Source of the DNA: a bacterium
Lineage (GTDB): Bacteria > Patescibacteriota > Patescibacteriia > UBA10025
Direction of reading: 5' to 3'
Length of the DNA: 64,000 nt
NCBI GenBank assembly: GCA_021815445.1
Contig: JAKAGM010000002.1
Coordinates: forward strand, 307,720-371,719
Positions 26,498 to 37,060 of the stretch are shown here, in pieces; position 1 is the stretch's first letter, and each line of letters opens with the position of its first letter. The notes beneath the pieces are model-generated. The model ran no database searches. It saw nothing but the letters and a program-made list of their open reading frames with translations, and had not been told where the DNA came from. The position numbers and the translations under genes were made by a program.

Positions 26498-27286
26498 ATG
26501 AAGTCGATCAAATGGCTCGCTTACCTTGCCATTTTGCTCGTTCTCACCAGCGCGACGTGGTTCACGGTGAACACCGCGATGGCAACGACCGGCAATGACA
26601 AGGTGAAGAGGGAGGCGACGACCACGCATTCGCCTCCAATTCTGGTTGTTGTTGAAGTACAGCTGTGTACCCCCACTTCCAGTCCGGCGAGAGAAAAGAG
26701 CGCCATTGAAGTAACGGGCACGGCGAATACCGACTTGGTTGAAGTGCAAATGTACGCCTCAACGGTGGCATCAGATAAGGCCAACTATGAGGGGAGCGCG
26801 GAATTGACCGACGGTATCGAGATCTGGCTCACGGTGAGCTCCAATTCCGATCCGGCCGGCGACAAGATAATCTGGCAGAATTCCGTGTGCACGACCAATG
26901 GTGGCAGTCCGCCCACAGCGATCTGTTGGACGGCTTGCCGCGAGACCGACCAGCAGGCGATCACGTTCCACATCCCGATCGCACTGGTTTACGTAGAAGC
27001 GCTCACCGGGTCCACTAACACCTGGATGAGCGCAGATTACCTGACGACCGAGGAATCGATCGACGTGGCTATACTGCCGACGGAAAAGGTATGGTGTCCG
27101 AACATTGGATATGACGCAGACCTTTCTGCCTCTGTGGTGGCCACCATGACCGACGCTACGCCCTGTCCGCGAATCGAGGAGGTATGGCAGCCCAACATCG
27201 GTTTTCAGCAAGGTGGTCCGGCAGTATGTGGTGATGGTGACAGTTTCCTCAGTGCCCTGAGCGACTATCCCAACCCGTTCGCATGA
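26498..27286 (+). CDS. Hypothetical secreted Cys-containing protein
   Basis: Signal peptide and about 10 Cys. No recognised domain. Confidence 0.4.
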   Translation: MKSIKWLAYLAILLVLTSATWFTVNTAMATTGNDKVKREATTTHSPPILVVVEVQLCTPTSSPAREKSAIEVTGTANTDLVEVQMYASTVASDKANYEGSAELTDGIEIWLTVSSNSDPAGDKIIWQNSVCTTNGGSPPTAICWTACRETDQQAITFHIPIALVYVEALTGSTNTWMSADYLTTEESIDVAILPTEKVWCPNIGYDADLSASVVATMTDATPCPRIEEVWQPNIGFQQGGPAVCGDGDSFLSALSDYPNPFA

Positions 27287-27342
27287 ACCGATTCCGGCGG
27301 CTACCATAGCTGCGATGTACATCTCGCTAATGTCTGTTCGTC

Positions 27343-27377
27343 CCTCCCGCGCGCATGCGTTGCGGGAGGTTTTTTTA
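27343..27377 (+). terminator. Rho-independent terminator
   Basis: CCTCCCGC-gcgcatgcgtt-GCGGGAGG followed by TTTTTTT. Confidence 0.6.
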
Positions 27378-27574
27378 GACAGAAAGGAGGGCAAACCCGC
27401 TTCGTCCTCGCGAAGCGAGGCGAGCTGATCAGTCTGCCCTCCGGGGTTGTTACCACTTTTTTCATATTCAAAGAAATTGACAACACTAGTTTGATAAGAT
27501 AGGCTATTATAATTCGCTCATTAGACAATCAACCGCTGTAATCTGACACCGCGTTTCAAAGGAGGAGGTACGTC

Positions 27575-28348
27575 ATGTTGTTCAGAGTAGCATTACCAAA
27601 AAAGTTGAAACCCTGGCTGGGAAATCTCATCGGTATCGGCTTGGTCGTTCTCATCGGAACAGTCATCGTGGTAGCGGTCATTATCTCGGAGGGCACCTAT
27701 CGGTTTGACCCGCAGTTTCGGAAAGTTCTGCTTCCGGTGGCCGTGACGGTGATCCTGGCTATGATGGTGTTCACATTTGGTTTCCCCAGCATGTATCGGG
27801 AGGGTGTATTTGACTATCATGGATCATCCAAATGGATCAAGCGATTACTGAAATGGTTGCCTCATGTCGTCCTGCGCGTGGTCTTTCTGGGTGTGGCCGC
27901 GGGATTCCTATGCCCATTCATCAGAACATCGCCTGAGGCGCGCTGGTTAAGCCACGAGAGGCTGGTGATGTACCCGCAGGGCCACCCGGAGCTGGCGCAA
28001 GAGGTTTGCGGACCTGTTTGGTTCAATCCATTTCAAACCGTTTTTGAAGGGTATCCCGACAGGATGCCGGTAGATGTAGACGGCATTACGGTTATCTGCG
28101 CAGACGGAAGGTCTGCTGCTCTGCAAACTCCTGTTCTACAATTGAACAGGGATTATGGCAGTGCCGCCAGTTACTATCGGGAGATTCGCGGTGACGTTCT
28201 CGCTGTCGCCGGAAAAATCAAGGCCAGCCGGCCGGGGATCTCACCGGAAGAACTGATTGTCCAGCTGGAGGAGCAGCTCCCTGTTTTTATACCGAATATG
28301 CGATTCAGAGTTGATCTGAAGTCGTCGTGTGGCGGCAACACAGCTTGA
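27575..28348 (+). CDS. Hypothetical membrane protein
   Basis: Three or four TM segments. No motif. Confidence 0.4.
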   Translation: MLFRVALPKKLKPWLGNLIGIGLVVLIGTVIVVAVIISEGTYRFDPQFRKVLLPVAVTVILAMMVFTFGFPSMYREGVFDYHGSSKWIKRLLKWLPHVVLRVVFLGVAAGFLCPFIRTSPEARWLSHERLVMYPQGHPELAQEVCGPVWFNPFQTVFEGYPDRMPVDVDGITVICADGRSAALQTPVLQLNRDYGSAASYYREIRGDVLAVAGKIKASRPGISPEELIVQLEEQLPVFIPNMRFRVDLKSSCGGNTA

Positions 28349-28477
28349 TCGTTCTATTCTTGAATCTTTGTTCACCCCATCCGTCCTTGGGCGGGTGTTT
28401 TTTTAACTTGACGAATATTCTCAAAGCGGTAAGATAATTGCAACGACAAAAACAAACTCGCTTATGGAGGGAGGCAG

Positions 28478-28828
28478 ATGATGTGTCTACGGCATATTCG
28501 TCTGCGGTACATTCTTGGCGTGTGGATACTGGCATGTCTCGTGATAAGCTTCGATCTCAATGTCGCGTGCCATCAACATCCGCAGGAGATTTCGCACCTG
28601 ATTCCGATATCACTCATCACCCCCGCGGTCTACAGGACCTGGGAGTGGCGGAGTTCCAGGCCGAGTCTGTTCGAAGCAGTTGAGCTGCAACAGTATCCGC
28701 TGGTCCCAATTTGCCCGCCAGACGCCCTGTCAGTCTGGATGGTCCCCACCCTTTCGAGCGAAAAGGGCGGGATTTTTTATACTGATGCGCTCTTGACATG
28801 TATTTTGCCTTATGATAACGTGCTCTGA
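28478..28828 (+). CDS. Hypothetical protein (doubtful 3' end)
   Basis: The ORF runs through a terminator-like hairpin and a promoter-like motif at 28748-28821. Confidence 0.25.
   Translation: MMCLRHIRLRYILGVWILACLVISFDLNVACHQHPQEISHLIPISLITPAVYRTWEWRSSRPSLFEAVELQQYPLVPICPPDALSVWMVPTLSSEKGGIFYTDALLTCILPYDNVL
28793..28821 (+). promoter_or_regulatory. TTGACA-N12-TATGATAACGT promoter-like motif (copy 1 of 2)
   Basis: The same 11-mer with the same spacing recurs at 37032-37060. It is preceded by the hairpin CCCTTTCG/CGAAAGGG plus a T-run. Confidence 0.4.
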
Positions 28829-28967
28829 AATTGCCGTTCTTTGACCTATCATTTTGAATAAGTAGTCTTGAGGCGCTTTCCTTGAAAATTCCTAGCTGTC
28901 TCATTGTGAGACTGTCGCAGAACCGACCTACTTTACCAGGAGGAGAGGTAGGCTCAATATTTGCGCG

Positions 28968-29558
28968 ATGAAGCAGGACGATAGGGGAAAGCATGGTCAT
29001 CAACACCGAACCCCCGAAGGAGGTCCGATGAAGAAGCGTGTACTTGCATTCTTTGCCATGATCACCGTGATGTTCTTCGTGTTCATCACGATGCCAGTCA
29101 CGACTACGGCTTACACCGACAAGCCTGTCCCGACGGTCGCTCACTCAACGTCACCGCCGGCCACGTCCTCCATTCTGTCCCCGGACATCAATTGCCCGCT
29201 GGTTTCCATATCGATCTCGACGTTCTCGGCCATCGACCGTGCCGGCCCGCCGACAGTCTGTTCAACGTATTACTCTTATGCACTCGAGTCGGCCACCAAC
29301 TACAACGTATGCCATCGATACTCTGAGGAGACCCTGACGACCACTGACACGAGCGTCCACTGGTTCGCCAACATCGGTTATACCAAGCAATCGGACCCGG
29401 TGTCGGCCTCATCGAGTGTGACTTCGGTCATCTGGCGCCCCGGCAACGACATGCGGGACAGGCCTGCGGCCATCGCATTTGCGGTGGCCCGTGGTACACT
29501 CGATTATATTGAGTCCCAGATCGCGACCAGCGTCCCGGTCCCGAACAAGACCTCCTGA
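28968..29558 (+). CDS. Hypothetical secreted protein (probable start 29028, MKKRVLAFF)
   Basis: Signal-anchor and a Ser/Thr-rich region. No motif. Confidence 0.4.
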   Translation: MKQDDRGKHGHQHRTPEGGPMKKRVLAFFAMITVMFFVFITMPVTTTAYTDKPVPTVAHSTSPPATSSILSPDINCPLVSISISTFSAIDRAGPPTVCSTYYSYALESATNYNVCHRYSEETLTTTDTSVHWFANIGYTKQSDPVSASSSVTSVIWRPGNDMRDRPAAIAFAVARGTLDYIESQIATSVPVPNKTS

Positions 29559-29651
29559 TCCGGCAACACCGTGAAATCATCTTGAGCGCGCGGACAAACG
29601 TCCGATAAGCAAGGCGAGGATCGGACAAACTCGTCGCCTCAATGATGATCC

Positions 29652-29688
29652 CCCCGACTGTGCATTCTTGCAGTCGGGGTATTTTTTT
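29652..29688 (+). terminator. Rho-independent terminator
   Basis: CCCCGACTG-11nt-CAGTCGGGG followed by TATTTTTTT. Confidence 0.6.
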
Positions 29689-29991
29689 ACCAATCATTAT
29701 AACCGACCCGGTTAGCGGGGTGTGTACATTTTGCTCTCCTCCGGAGGGGCTTCACTTTTCTTTGCTCGTCCAAAGAAAAGTGGAGAGAAAAGAAAGGACG
29801 TCGCGGCGCAAACTCGGCCGTGTGGTTTATCTCTATGTTTATCGCCGGCCTCAGGCAGTGCGCCGCGCGAAGGGAAAAAGTTTCTCTGGCATTCTTTGCA
29901 AACCAGCCGTTTTCAAAGGGGCAAGACGAAAACCGCCAGCGTAAGCTTGAGGTTCACTTCCAAAGATACGAGATTGAATATTGCATGTATC

Positions 29992-32199
29992 TTACGCGGC
30001 GACTTTTTCCAGTTTATGCGGATTGTGGTTGGGACAGGTTTTGTCGCTGCACCGCTCGGGGATGGTCTTGGTGCCCTCCATCATCAGTGCGCCGCAGATT
30101 CTACCGCCTTCGCGGACATGCTCGCAGAGGCGGCCCGTCGGTTTCGCTTTAATAGCGTTCTTGCATTTAGGATAGTTCGAACAGCTGTAAAAAATACCGA
30201 ATCGCCCCCGTCGCTCAATCATCTCGCCGGTCTTGCATACGGGGCAGGTAACGCCAGAAGAGTTGGTATTATTTTCACTTCGTTTGATATATTTGCATTT
30301 CGGGTAGTTGCTGCAGGAAATGAAGAGACCGAAACGCCCCTCGCGCTCCACGAGCTTGCCGTCGGCGCAGTCGGGGCATTTTTCTCCAGTCTCTTTCGGT
30401 CCCGCAAGCTCCTTACCGTCGATGGTCCGGGCGCCATTACAGGCCGGGAAACGCGAACAGCTCAAGAATTTTCCCGTCCGGCCGAGCTTGATAATCATCG
30501 GAGATCCGCAGACAGGGCAGACAATGTGCTTTTCAGCGTCGCCGAGGTTGGTAATCTTCGCTATGCTTTCCTTTGCCTTCACGTCCTGGGTAAAAGGCCC
30601 GTAGAAGTCCTTAAGTGTTTGCACGTATTTCCGCTTTCCGTTGGCGATCTCATCAAGCTCGTTTTCCATTTCGGCGGTAAATGAATCGCTGATATATTTC
30701 GCGAAGTTCTGCTCGAGGAACCCGCTGACCACCTCACCGGTGTCGCTGGGGATAAGCGCTCGCCCTTCTTTGCGCACGTAGCCCCGCGTGACTATCGTAT
30801 TAATTATAGAAGCATACGTCGAAGGGCGCCCGATGCCCCGCTTCTCGAGCTCTTTGACCAGGCCCGCCTCGGTGTACCGCGGAGGAGGTTGCGTCTGCTT
30901 CTCGAGCGAATAAATCTTTTCGAGCGTCAGCGGATCGTTTTCTTTCACTTTGGGCAGGTCAACTTCATTATTCCGGGCAGAAGGGTCGGCCAGGAGCCAT
31001 CCGGGAGAAAGAATATGTGTGCCGATGACGGCAAAGTTCGGGATTTCCGCACCCTGTATATTTGCGATAATCTTGGTCTTTAAGAGTTTGGCGTCCACCA
31101 TCTGTGAAGCCAGCGTACGCTGTCTGATGAGTTCATAGAGCTTCTTTTGGTCATCGGTGCTGCCGGCAGTCTTTTGAGCCGCATCGGTAGGCCGGATCGC
31201 CTCATGAGCTTCCTGAGCGTTCTTGCTCGTAGTTTTATAGATGCGCTCCTTGAGCAGGTCGGGGCCAAAGTCGCGGGCAATAACTTCCTTCATGTGCGCA
31301 AGGGCTTCAAGACTGAGGTTGGTGCTGTCTGTCCGCATGTAGGTGATGTGTCCCGCTTCATAGAGCCGCTGTGCTGTCCGCATTGTCCGCGAGGGCGCGA
31401 AGCCGTACCGCGAACTTGCCGTCTGCTGCAGCGTCGAAGTGGTAAACGGCGGGCGGGGAGTGCGGAGCTGCTCTGTCGCTTTGACCTCCACCACTCGCCA
31501 AGGATGCTGTTTTCCGGCCTTCAGGATCTTTTCCACTGTGGCTATGTCCTGCGGCTCTTCAGAGCAGGTGAGGGCAATCTTGTCGCCCTGGGCTGTCTGT
31601 ACCTCCGCAGTCAGCACCCAAAAAGTTTTGGCGACAAAAGCGCGTATCTCGCGTTCTTTTTCCACAAGGATTCGCAGCGCCGGGGATTGCACCCGCCCGG
31701 CAGAGAGGCCGTAGCGTACCTTTTTCCAAATGAGACCGCTGAGATCGTAGCCAACCAGCCTGTCGAGCACGCGGCGGGCTTCCTGAGCGGCGCGGAGGCT
31801 TTGGTCGATTTCGCGTGGATGCTGGATGGCCTCGTCGATTGCAGATTTTGTAATTTCGTGAAACACGACCCGTTTTATCTTTTTCTGGTCGCCGTCAATG
31901 AGCTCGGCAATGTGCCATGCAATCGCTTCGCCTTCGCGGTCGGGATCGGTGGCCAGCAATATTTCGTCAGCTTTTTCTGCGAGTTTCCGCAATTCATTGA
32001 CTATGTCCTCCTTGTCATGCGGTACCTCGTAGTAGGGGACAAATCCCGCTTTGATATCAATGGCCTTTTTATTGCTCTTTGGGAGATCACGAACATGCCC
32101 TACGCTCGCTTTGACGGTGTACGGGGATTTTGAGCCCAAGAACTTTGTAATGGTTTTTGCCTTTGTCGGCGATTCGACGATGACCAGGCTTTTCTTCAT
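29992..32199 (-). CDS. topA: DNA topoisomerase I with C-terminal zinc ribbons
   Basis: An N-terminal TOPRIM with EGEAIAWH. The C-terminus has several CxxC...CxxC zinc ribbons. Confidence 0.9.
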   Translation of the reverse strand: MKKSLVIVESPTKAKTITKFLGSKSPYTVKASVGHVRDLPKSNKKAIDIKAGFVPYYEVPHDKEDIVNELRKLAEKADEILLATDPDREGEAIAWHIAELIDGDQKKIKRVVFHEITKSAIDEAIQHPREIDQSLRAAQEARRVLDRLVGYDLSGLIWKKVRYGLSAGRVQSPALRILVEKEREIRAFVAKTFWVLTAEVQTAQGDKIALTCSEEPQDIATVEKILKAGKQHPWRVVEVKATEQLRTPRPPFTTSTLQQTASSRYGFAPSRTMRTAQRLYEAGHITYMRTDSTNLSLEALAHMKEVIARDFGPDLLKERIYKTTSKNAQEAHEAIRPTDAAQKTAGSTDDQKKLYELIRQRTLASQMVDAKLLKTKIIANIQGAEIPNFAVIGTHILSPGWLLADPSARNNEVDLPKVKENDPLTLEKIYSLEKQTQPPPRYTEAGLVKELEKRGIGRPSTYASIINTIVTRGYVRKEGRALIPSDTGEVVSGFLEQNFAKYISDSFTAEMENELDEIANGKRKYVQTLKDFYGPFTQDVKAKESIAKITNLGDAEKHIVCPVCGSPMIIKLGRTGKFLSCSRFPACNGARTIDGKELAGPKETGEKCPDCADGKLVEREGRFGLFISCSNYPKCKYIKRSENNTNSSGVTCPVCKTGEMIERRGRFGIFYSCSNYPKCKNAIKAKPTGRLCEHVREGGRICGALMMEGTKTIPERCSDKTCPNHNPHKLEKVAA

Positions 32200-32203
32200 A
32201 GTA

Positions 32204-33388
32204 TTATGATAGTCGGACGTAGTGCATGCCTCCGATGTCTCTCACGAAGCCCTGCACCTCAAGCGTCATGAGGGTGGAATTAACTACACTGGTTTGCAGT
32301 TTACTCACTTTTACCAATTCGTCAATGTGGCGCGGCTCTCTCGTAATCAGGTTGAGAATAACGGACTCTTCATCAGAGAGCGACGGATGTGATTGATTGT
32401 CGATGATATGAGAAATGTTGTCAACTTGGGCCGGCGGTTTGTAACTGCCGAGATTCAACGCTTCAACAACATCGTCAGCCGAGGTTACCGGTCTCGCGCC
32501 CATTTTGATGAGTTGGTTCGCCCCTTCTGACGCGGCTCGGAATATGTCGCCGGGCACGGCAAATACTTCACGATTGTATTCGAGTGCGGCTTTAGCCGTG
32601 ATCAGGGAGCCCGAATCCATCCCTCCTTCTATGACGAGCGTTCCGAGCGACAGACCCGCGATGATGCGGTTTCGAATGGGAAAGTGGTGCTTTTGGGCGT
32701 ACATTCCCAAAGGAAACTCCGACAAGAGCGTTCCGCCTGATTTCACAATTGCTTCAGAAAGCCCATAGTTTGTCCGCGGGTATATCTGGTCGAGCCCCGA
32801 GCCGAGCACGGCGACGGTAGTTCCCCGTTGATCCAGTGTCGTCTGGTGCGCAATGCTGTCGATACCTAGGGCGAGCCCGGAAACGATTGCAAATCCCCGT
32901 GAAACAAGTTCGGCAGTCAGGCGACGTGCCACTTCAACTCCGTAGTGTGAGGCCTTTCGCGTGCCAACTACCGCTAATGAAGGACGCCCGACGGGCAGTG
33001 TGCCGCGCATGTACAGAAGCGCGGGCGCGTCGGGGATCTCTTTTAAAAGCGGCGGATAGTCCTGGTCGCCCGGAATCAGCGCGGTGTACCCGGCTTTTCG
33101 TATGCGTTCGAGCTCAGTGTGCGGATCGATGTGTTGGCGTTGAATAATAATCGCCTGAACTGTCTTCGGCATGAGGCCGGCCAAGATAAATTCCTGTTCC
33201 TGGGCACTCCATGCCTTTCCCAAGGCGCCAAAGTGTCCTTTCAGGCGTCCGATTTGCCGCGGTCCGAGAGTAGGAATTCGGGAAAACGCAACCCAATACG
33301 CAAGGTCATCAGTTGACCTTGCGAGATTATCAGAGTAGGGTGGTGTATGAGTTGGTTTTGACATTGTGTTCTTTATCAAGGAGGTCAA
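32204..33388 (-). CDS. dprA: DNA-processing protein DprA/Smf
   Basis: Rossmann-like DprA core LVIEGGMDSGSLITAKAALEYNREVFAVPG. Confidence 0.85.
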   Translation of the reverse strand: MTSLIKNTMSKPTHTPPYSDNLARSTDDLAYWVAFSRIPTLGPRQIGRLKGHFGALGKAWSAQEQEFILAGLMPKTVQAIIIQRQHIDPHTELERIRKAGYTALIPGDQDYPPLLKEIPDAPALLYMRGTLPVGRPSLAVVGTRKASHYGVEVARRLTAELVSRGFAIVSGLALGIDSIAHQTTLDQRGTTVAVLGSGLDQIYPRTNYGLSEAIVKSGGTLLSEFPLGMYAQKHHFPIRNRIIAGLSLGTLVIEGGMDSGSLITAKAALEYNREVFAVPGDIFRAASEGANQLIKMGARPVTSADDVVEALNLGSYKPPAQVDNISHIIDNQSHPSLSDEESVILNLITREPRHIDELVKVSKLQTSVVNSTLMTLEVQGFVRDIGGMHYVRLS

Positions 33389-33677
33389 CGCCTTGGTTCA
33401 TTGGCTTACTAAACGGGAGCTTGTTGAGCAGATATTTGCGTTGGCACAGTGCAGCGAGGAAACAAAATCCCTCACCCGTTCAGGCATAGGCCTGCTCGGG
33501 GCAGAACAGCTGTATGCCCGCTATCTTCATTGCCAGCGAGGCGCTCACATCGGTTTGCGAGATGAGTTTCTCAGCTGGTTAGCACAGGAAGTCCGCTCTG
33601 CCCAAGCGCTGCAGGCTCAAGCCAGATGCCGCAAAAAAGCTCGACAATAGTTGTCTCTATGGCTGCACACTGCGAAT

Positions 33678-36600
33678 CTAGTATTCTTTCGCAGTTTTTT
33701 CTTTTTGCTCTTCCGGGGAATCCTGATTGTCTATCTGCCAGATTTTCATTACATGCTTCAGCTCATCAAGCCAATCCTCGCCGAGATATTCGAGGTCGAT
33801 CTTAACCTGATTTTGAGTGAACTGCCAGTGGGCATTTCGCGCCAAAAGTTCACCGAGCTTTTTGGGATCGAGATGATGGGCAAAGCTCACCAGTATCCGT
33901 CGACGCTTGTTTCCCGCATCTCCGAGGAGCGTCACCGTATCGATAGTTGTTGCGTCTGTTTTTTGGGCGAGCAATTTTATCTCGAGGACGTCAAAGAGAT
34001 TTTGGAGCGGTACGGGTGGCTTTTGGCGGTACGTAACACGTTTCTTGAATGCATGGAGCTCTTCAGGTTTGCTGATATTGGCGAGCTTCTGATAGACGAT
34101 AAGCCGTTCGCTTTCCGCAGGGATATAGGACTTTGGAATGCCGATCTCTACCGGCAGATCTATTGTAACATCGCGGACGGTTTCGACTTTGCCCGTTTTC
34201 AGCTCCTGGACGGCCTGTGCGAGCAGTCTGGTGTACATAGCCAGGCCTATGGCAGATACCTTCCCGTGCTGTTCTTTCCCGAGGATATTACCTGTGCCGC
34301 GGATCTCGAGGTCGCGCAAGGCGAGCTGGAATCCGCTCCCGAGTTCTTTTGCCTCCAGGAGGGCTTGGAGCCTTTGTTTGGCCGTCCCGGTCAATTTCTT
34401 CCTGTCGTAGAGAAAGTACGCGTACGCCTGGCGGAATCCTCTGCCTATCCTGCCCCTGAGCTGGTAGAGCTGGGCCAGCCCAAACTTCGTCGCCTGTTCG
34501 ACTATCAGGGTATTCACGTTGGGCAGGTCGAGGCCGTTCTCGATGATCGTCGAACAGACGAGAATATTCGTCTTGGCGGTATCAAAGTCGCGCATGGCCT
34601 GCGCCAGATGTTTCTCCGAAAGTTTGCCGTGCGCTATTCCGATTTTTGCTTCAGGGACGAGTTTTGAGAGCTCTTGTGCGGCGAATTCGATGGTTTCGAC
34701 ATTGTTGTATAGGTAATACACCTGTCCCTTGCGGGAAAGCTCGGCACGTATCGCTTTGACGACCAGATTCGTGTCCTGGCGCTCAATGACCGTCTCAATG
34801 GGGAGTCGCCCTTCCGGAGGCGTTTCAATGATGCTGACATCGCGGATCCCGGAGAGCGCTATGTTCAGCGTCCTCGGAATGGGCGTGGCTGTCAGGGTGA
34901 GGACGGGCGCTTCGGTGCGGAGCGTCTTGAGTTTTTCCTTATGCTGGACTCCGAAACGCTGCTCCTCGTCTATGATGATAAGCCCGAGATTTTTAAACCT
35001 GATATCAGGCGACAGAAGTCTGTGGGTGCCTATAACGATATCGACATCGCCGGTGGCCAGTCCTTGAATAGTCTTTTGTTCTTCACTGTCGCTGGCAAAA
35101 CGCGAGAGGATGGCAATTTTAACGGGGAACTGCTTGAGCCGCTCAGAAAAAGTGTCATAGTGCTGCTGGGTCAGGATTGTGGTAGGCGAGAGCAAAGCCA
35201 CCTGGCGCTTGTTCATGACGGCTTTAAACGCTGCGCGAATCGCGACTTCAGTCTTCCCGAAACCCACATCTCCGCAGATGAGCCTGTCCATCGGCCGTTC
35301 CTTAGAGAGGTCGCTGTCAACGTCCGCGATTGCGCGGAGCTGGTCGGGAGTCTCCTCAAAGGCGAAAGATTGCTCCAGGCTGAATTCCTCCTTGGTCTTT
35401 TGGCTGAACGGTTTGGCATTGCTCGCATTTCTCCTCGCGTAGAGTTTTAAAAGGTCGTGGGCGAGTAGCTTGGCTTCCTCCTTGATTTTCCTGGTAATCT
35501 GGTACCATTGGCCGCCCGAGAGTCTGTGGAGCTTCGGATGCGCCAGTCCGATGTATTTATTAATTTTCTCGGCAGTCTCAATCGGCACATAGAGTTTGTC
35601 TCCTTCGGCGTATTCGAGCACAAAATATTCTTTTGCAATGCCCTCCACGACGTTTCTCGTCATGCCCTTAAACCGTGCAACGCCGTGATCAATATGGACG
35701 ACATAATCGCCCGGGCGGATCTCAGTAATGAAGGCCGTTTCAACTCTTTTGGACATGGCGTAATCAGTATCTGTGTATCCGAATATTTCCACATCAGATA
35801 GCAGCAGCAGCTTGTCTTTTTCGTTAATAAACCCGTTGAAAGAAGCGGGCGGCTCATCAAGCCAGATGATGTCCGGGGAAAGTTTTTTTGCCCTTAGAAG
35901 GCGTTCGAGATCGGCGCGTTTTTTCGTGGCAATGGCAATCCTCATTCCTTCACCGAGAAACTTTTTCATGTCGTCAGTAAAAGTATTGAGACGGTTGTGA
36001 TACAGCGGCGCGCGCCTGTAATGAAGTTGGATGCTCCGCTGCGGGGTTCGGAACGTTTCCAAGACGATACGCTTGAATTGCTTCAACGGTTCGTCTATTT
36101 TTTCCCAATCCGCCACGCGCTCCGCGAGATCGTCAGGTGACTCAAGAATGACAAGAGGCGAGCCGGCTCTCGAGAGGTATGCCCAGAGATTAGCCCTGTG
36201 GCTCGCATGCAGCTTCACCGGGATAAGTCGGATGCTGGTGAGCAGTTCCTTCCTTTTTTTCGTTATCTGGTCAAAAGGCGTTATCGAGATGATCTTCTGG
36301 TCATCACACTCGATGCGCAGGGGCATTTGCCCGCCCTGGGGAAAAATATCGACTATTCCGCCTCGCCGCGCAAACGAGCCGGGCTGGTCGGCCGTGCTGT
36401 TCCAGCTGTAGCCCCGCTTCGCGCATTCCTGGGCGATATCCGACGGGGATATCTTTTGACCTGATTCAAATCGGAGAAGGGATGCGGCAAGCTCGTCAGG
36501 GTGGGGAAGCGGAAGGAGGGTGTACTCGGCGGCAGAAACAAAAATAAACGGCTTGCCATCCTCAAAAACTATCAGCTGGTCGGGAGTCAGGTCTTCCGAC

Positions 36601-36860
36601 CCCTGGATGACTGTTGCTTTCGGATTCCAGTATTTCAGGAGGTTCGCGATGAGCTCTTCCTCTTTATCGTTTGCCGTAAGCCAAAAAAGACTGCCTGTTT
36701 TTTCCGGGAGCGGTAGAGATGAAATAAGAAATGTCTGCGCTGAACGGCTTTGGGCTCCGCTGACAAAAATTTCCTGCTCTTTCTCAAGGTGGCGAAGGAG
36801 ACGGGAAATTGCGGAAGGAACCCCAAATCCGTCGAGCGGATGGGAACCGGTTTTTTCCAC
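33678..36860 (-). CDS. mfd: Transcription-repair coupling factor Mfd
   Basis: Superfamily-2 helicase motifs GDVGFGKTEVA and LIIIDEEQRFGV, a UvrB-homology N-terminus and a TRCF C-terminus. Confidence 0.9.
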   Translation of the reverse strand: MEKTGSHPLDGFGVPSAISRLLRHLEKEQEIFVSGAQSRSAQTFLISSLPLPEKTGSLFWLTANDKEEELIANLLKYWNPKATVIQGSEDLTPDQLIVFEDGKPFIFVSAAEYTLLPLPHPDELAASLLRFESGQKISPSDIAQECAKRGYSWNSTADQPGSFARRGGIVDIFPQGGQMPLRIECDDQKIISITPFDQITKKRKELLTSIRLIPVKLHASHRANLWAYLSRAGSPLVILESPDDLAERVADWEKIDEPLKQFKRIVLETFRTPQRSIQLHYRRAPLYHNRLNTFTDDMKKFLGEGMRIAIATKKRADLERLLRAKKLSPDIIWLDEPPASFNGFINEKDKLLLLSDVEIFGYTDTDYAMSKRVETAFITEIRPGDYVVHIDHGVARFKGMTRNVVEGIAKEYFVLEYAEGDKLYVPIETAEKINKYIGLAHPKLHRLSGGQWYQITRKIKEEAKLLAHDLLKLYARRNASNAKPFSQKTKEEFSLEQSFAFEETPDQLRAIADVDSDLSKERPMDRLICGDVGFGKTEVAIRAAFKAVMNKRQVALLSPTTILTQQHYDTFSERLKQFPVKIAILSRFASDSEEQKTIQGLATGDVDIVIGTHRLLSPDIRFKNLGLIIIDEEQRFGVQHKEKLKTLRTEAPVLTLTATPIPRTLNIALSGIRDVSIIETPPEGRLPIETVIERQDTNLVVKAIRAELSRKGQVYYLYNNVETIEFAAQELSKLVPEAKIGIAHGKLSEKHLAQAMRDFDTAKTNILVCSTIIENGLDLPNVNTLIVEQATKFGLAQLYQLRGRIGRGFRQAYAYFLYDRKKLTGTAKQRLQALLEAKELGSGFQLALRDLEIRGTGNILGKEQHGKVSAIGLAMYTRLLAQAVQELKTGKVETVRDVTIDLPVEIGIPKSYIPAESERLIVYQKLANISKPEELHAFKKRVTYRQKPPVPLQNLFDVLEIKLLAQKTDATTIDTVTLLGDAGNKRRRILVSFAHHLDPKKLGELLARNAHWQFTQNQVKIDLEYLGEDWLDELKHVMKIWQIDNQDSPEEQKEKTAKEY

Positions 36861-37031
36861 AGAGGGAAGCTTTAACGGTATTTTAATTATCTATGCATCA
36901 TATTAGCGCACCTGGGAGCTTTTGGCAAGCCCCTATTGTGTTGTGTAGTAAAGTTCCTAAAACCCGCCGTTGCCACGTTTGATGTGCGCTGCGCTTCGAG
37001 GCTTTTGCTACGAATTTTCACGCACAGGGTC

Positions 37032-37060
37032 TTGACAGATTTTTTTCCCTATGATAACGT
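37032..37060 (+). promoter_or_regulatory. TTGACA-N12-TATGATAACGT promoter-like motif (copy 2 of 2)
   Basis: Identical 11-mer and spacing to 28793-28821. It lies about 265 nt upstream of the orphan gene at 37326. Confidence 0.4.

Noticed and set aside
33651-34667. 338-aa + strand ORF inside mfd, and 328-aa + strand ORF (31147-32133) inside topA
   Set aside because: Both are antisense to genes with unambiguous helicase and topoisomerase motifs. Neither has an independent start context.
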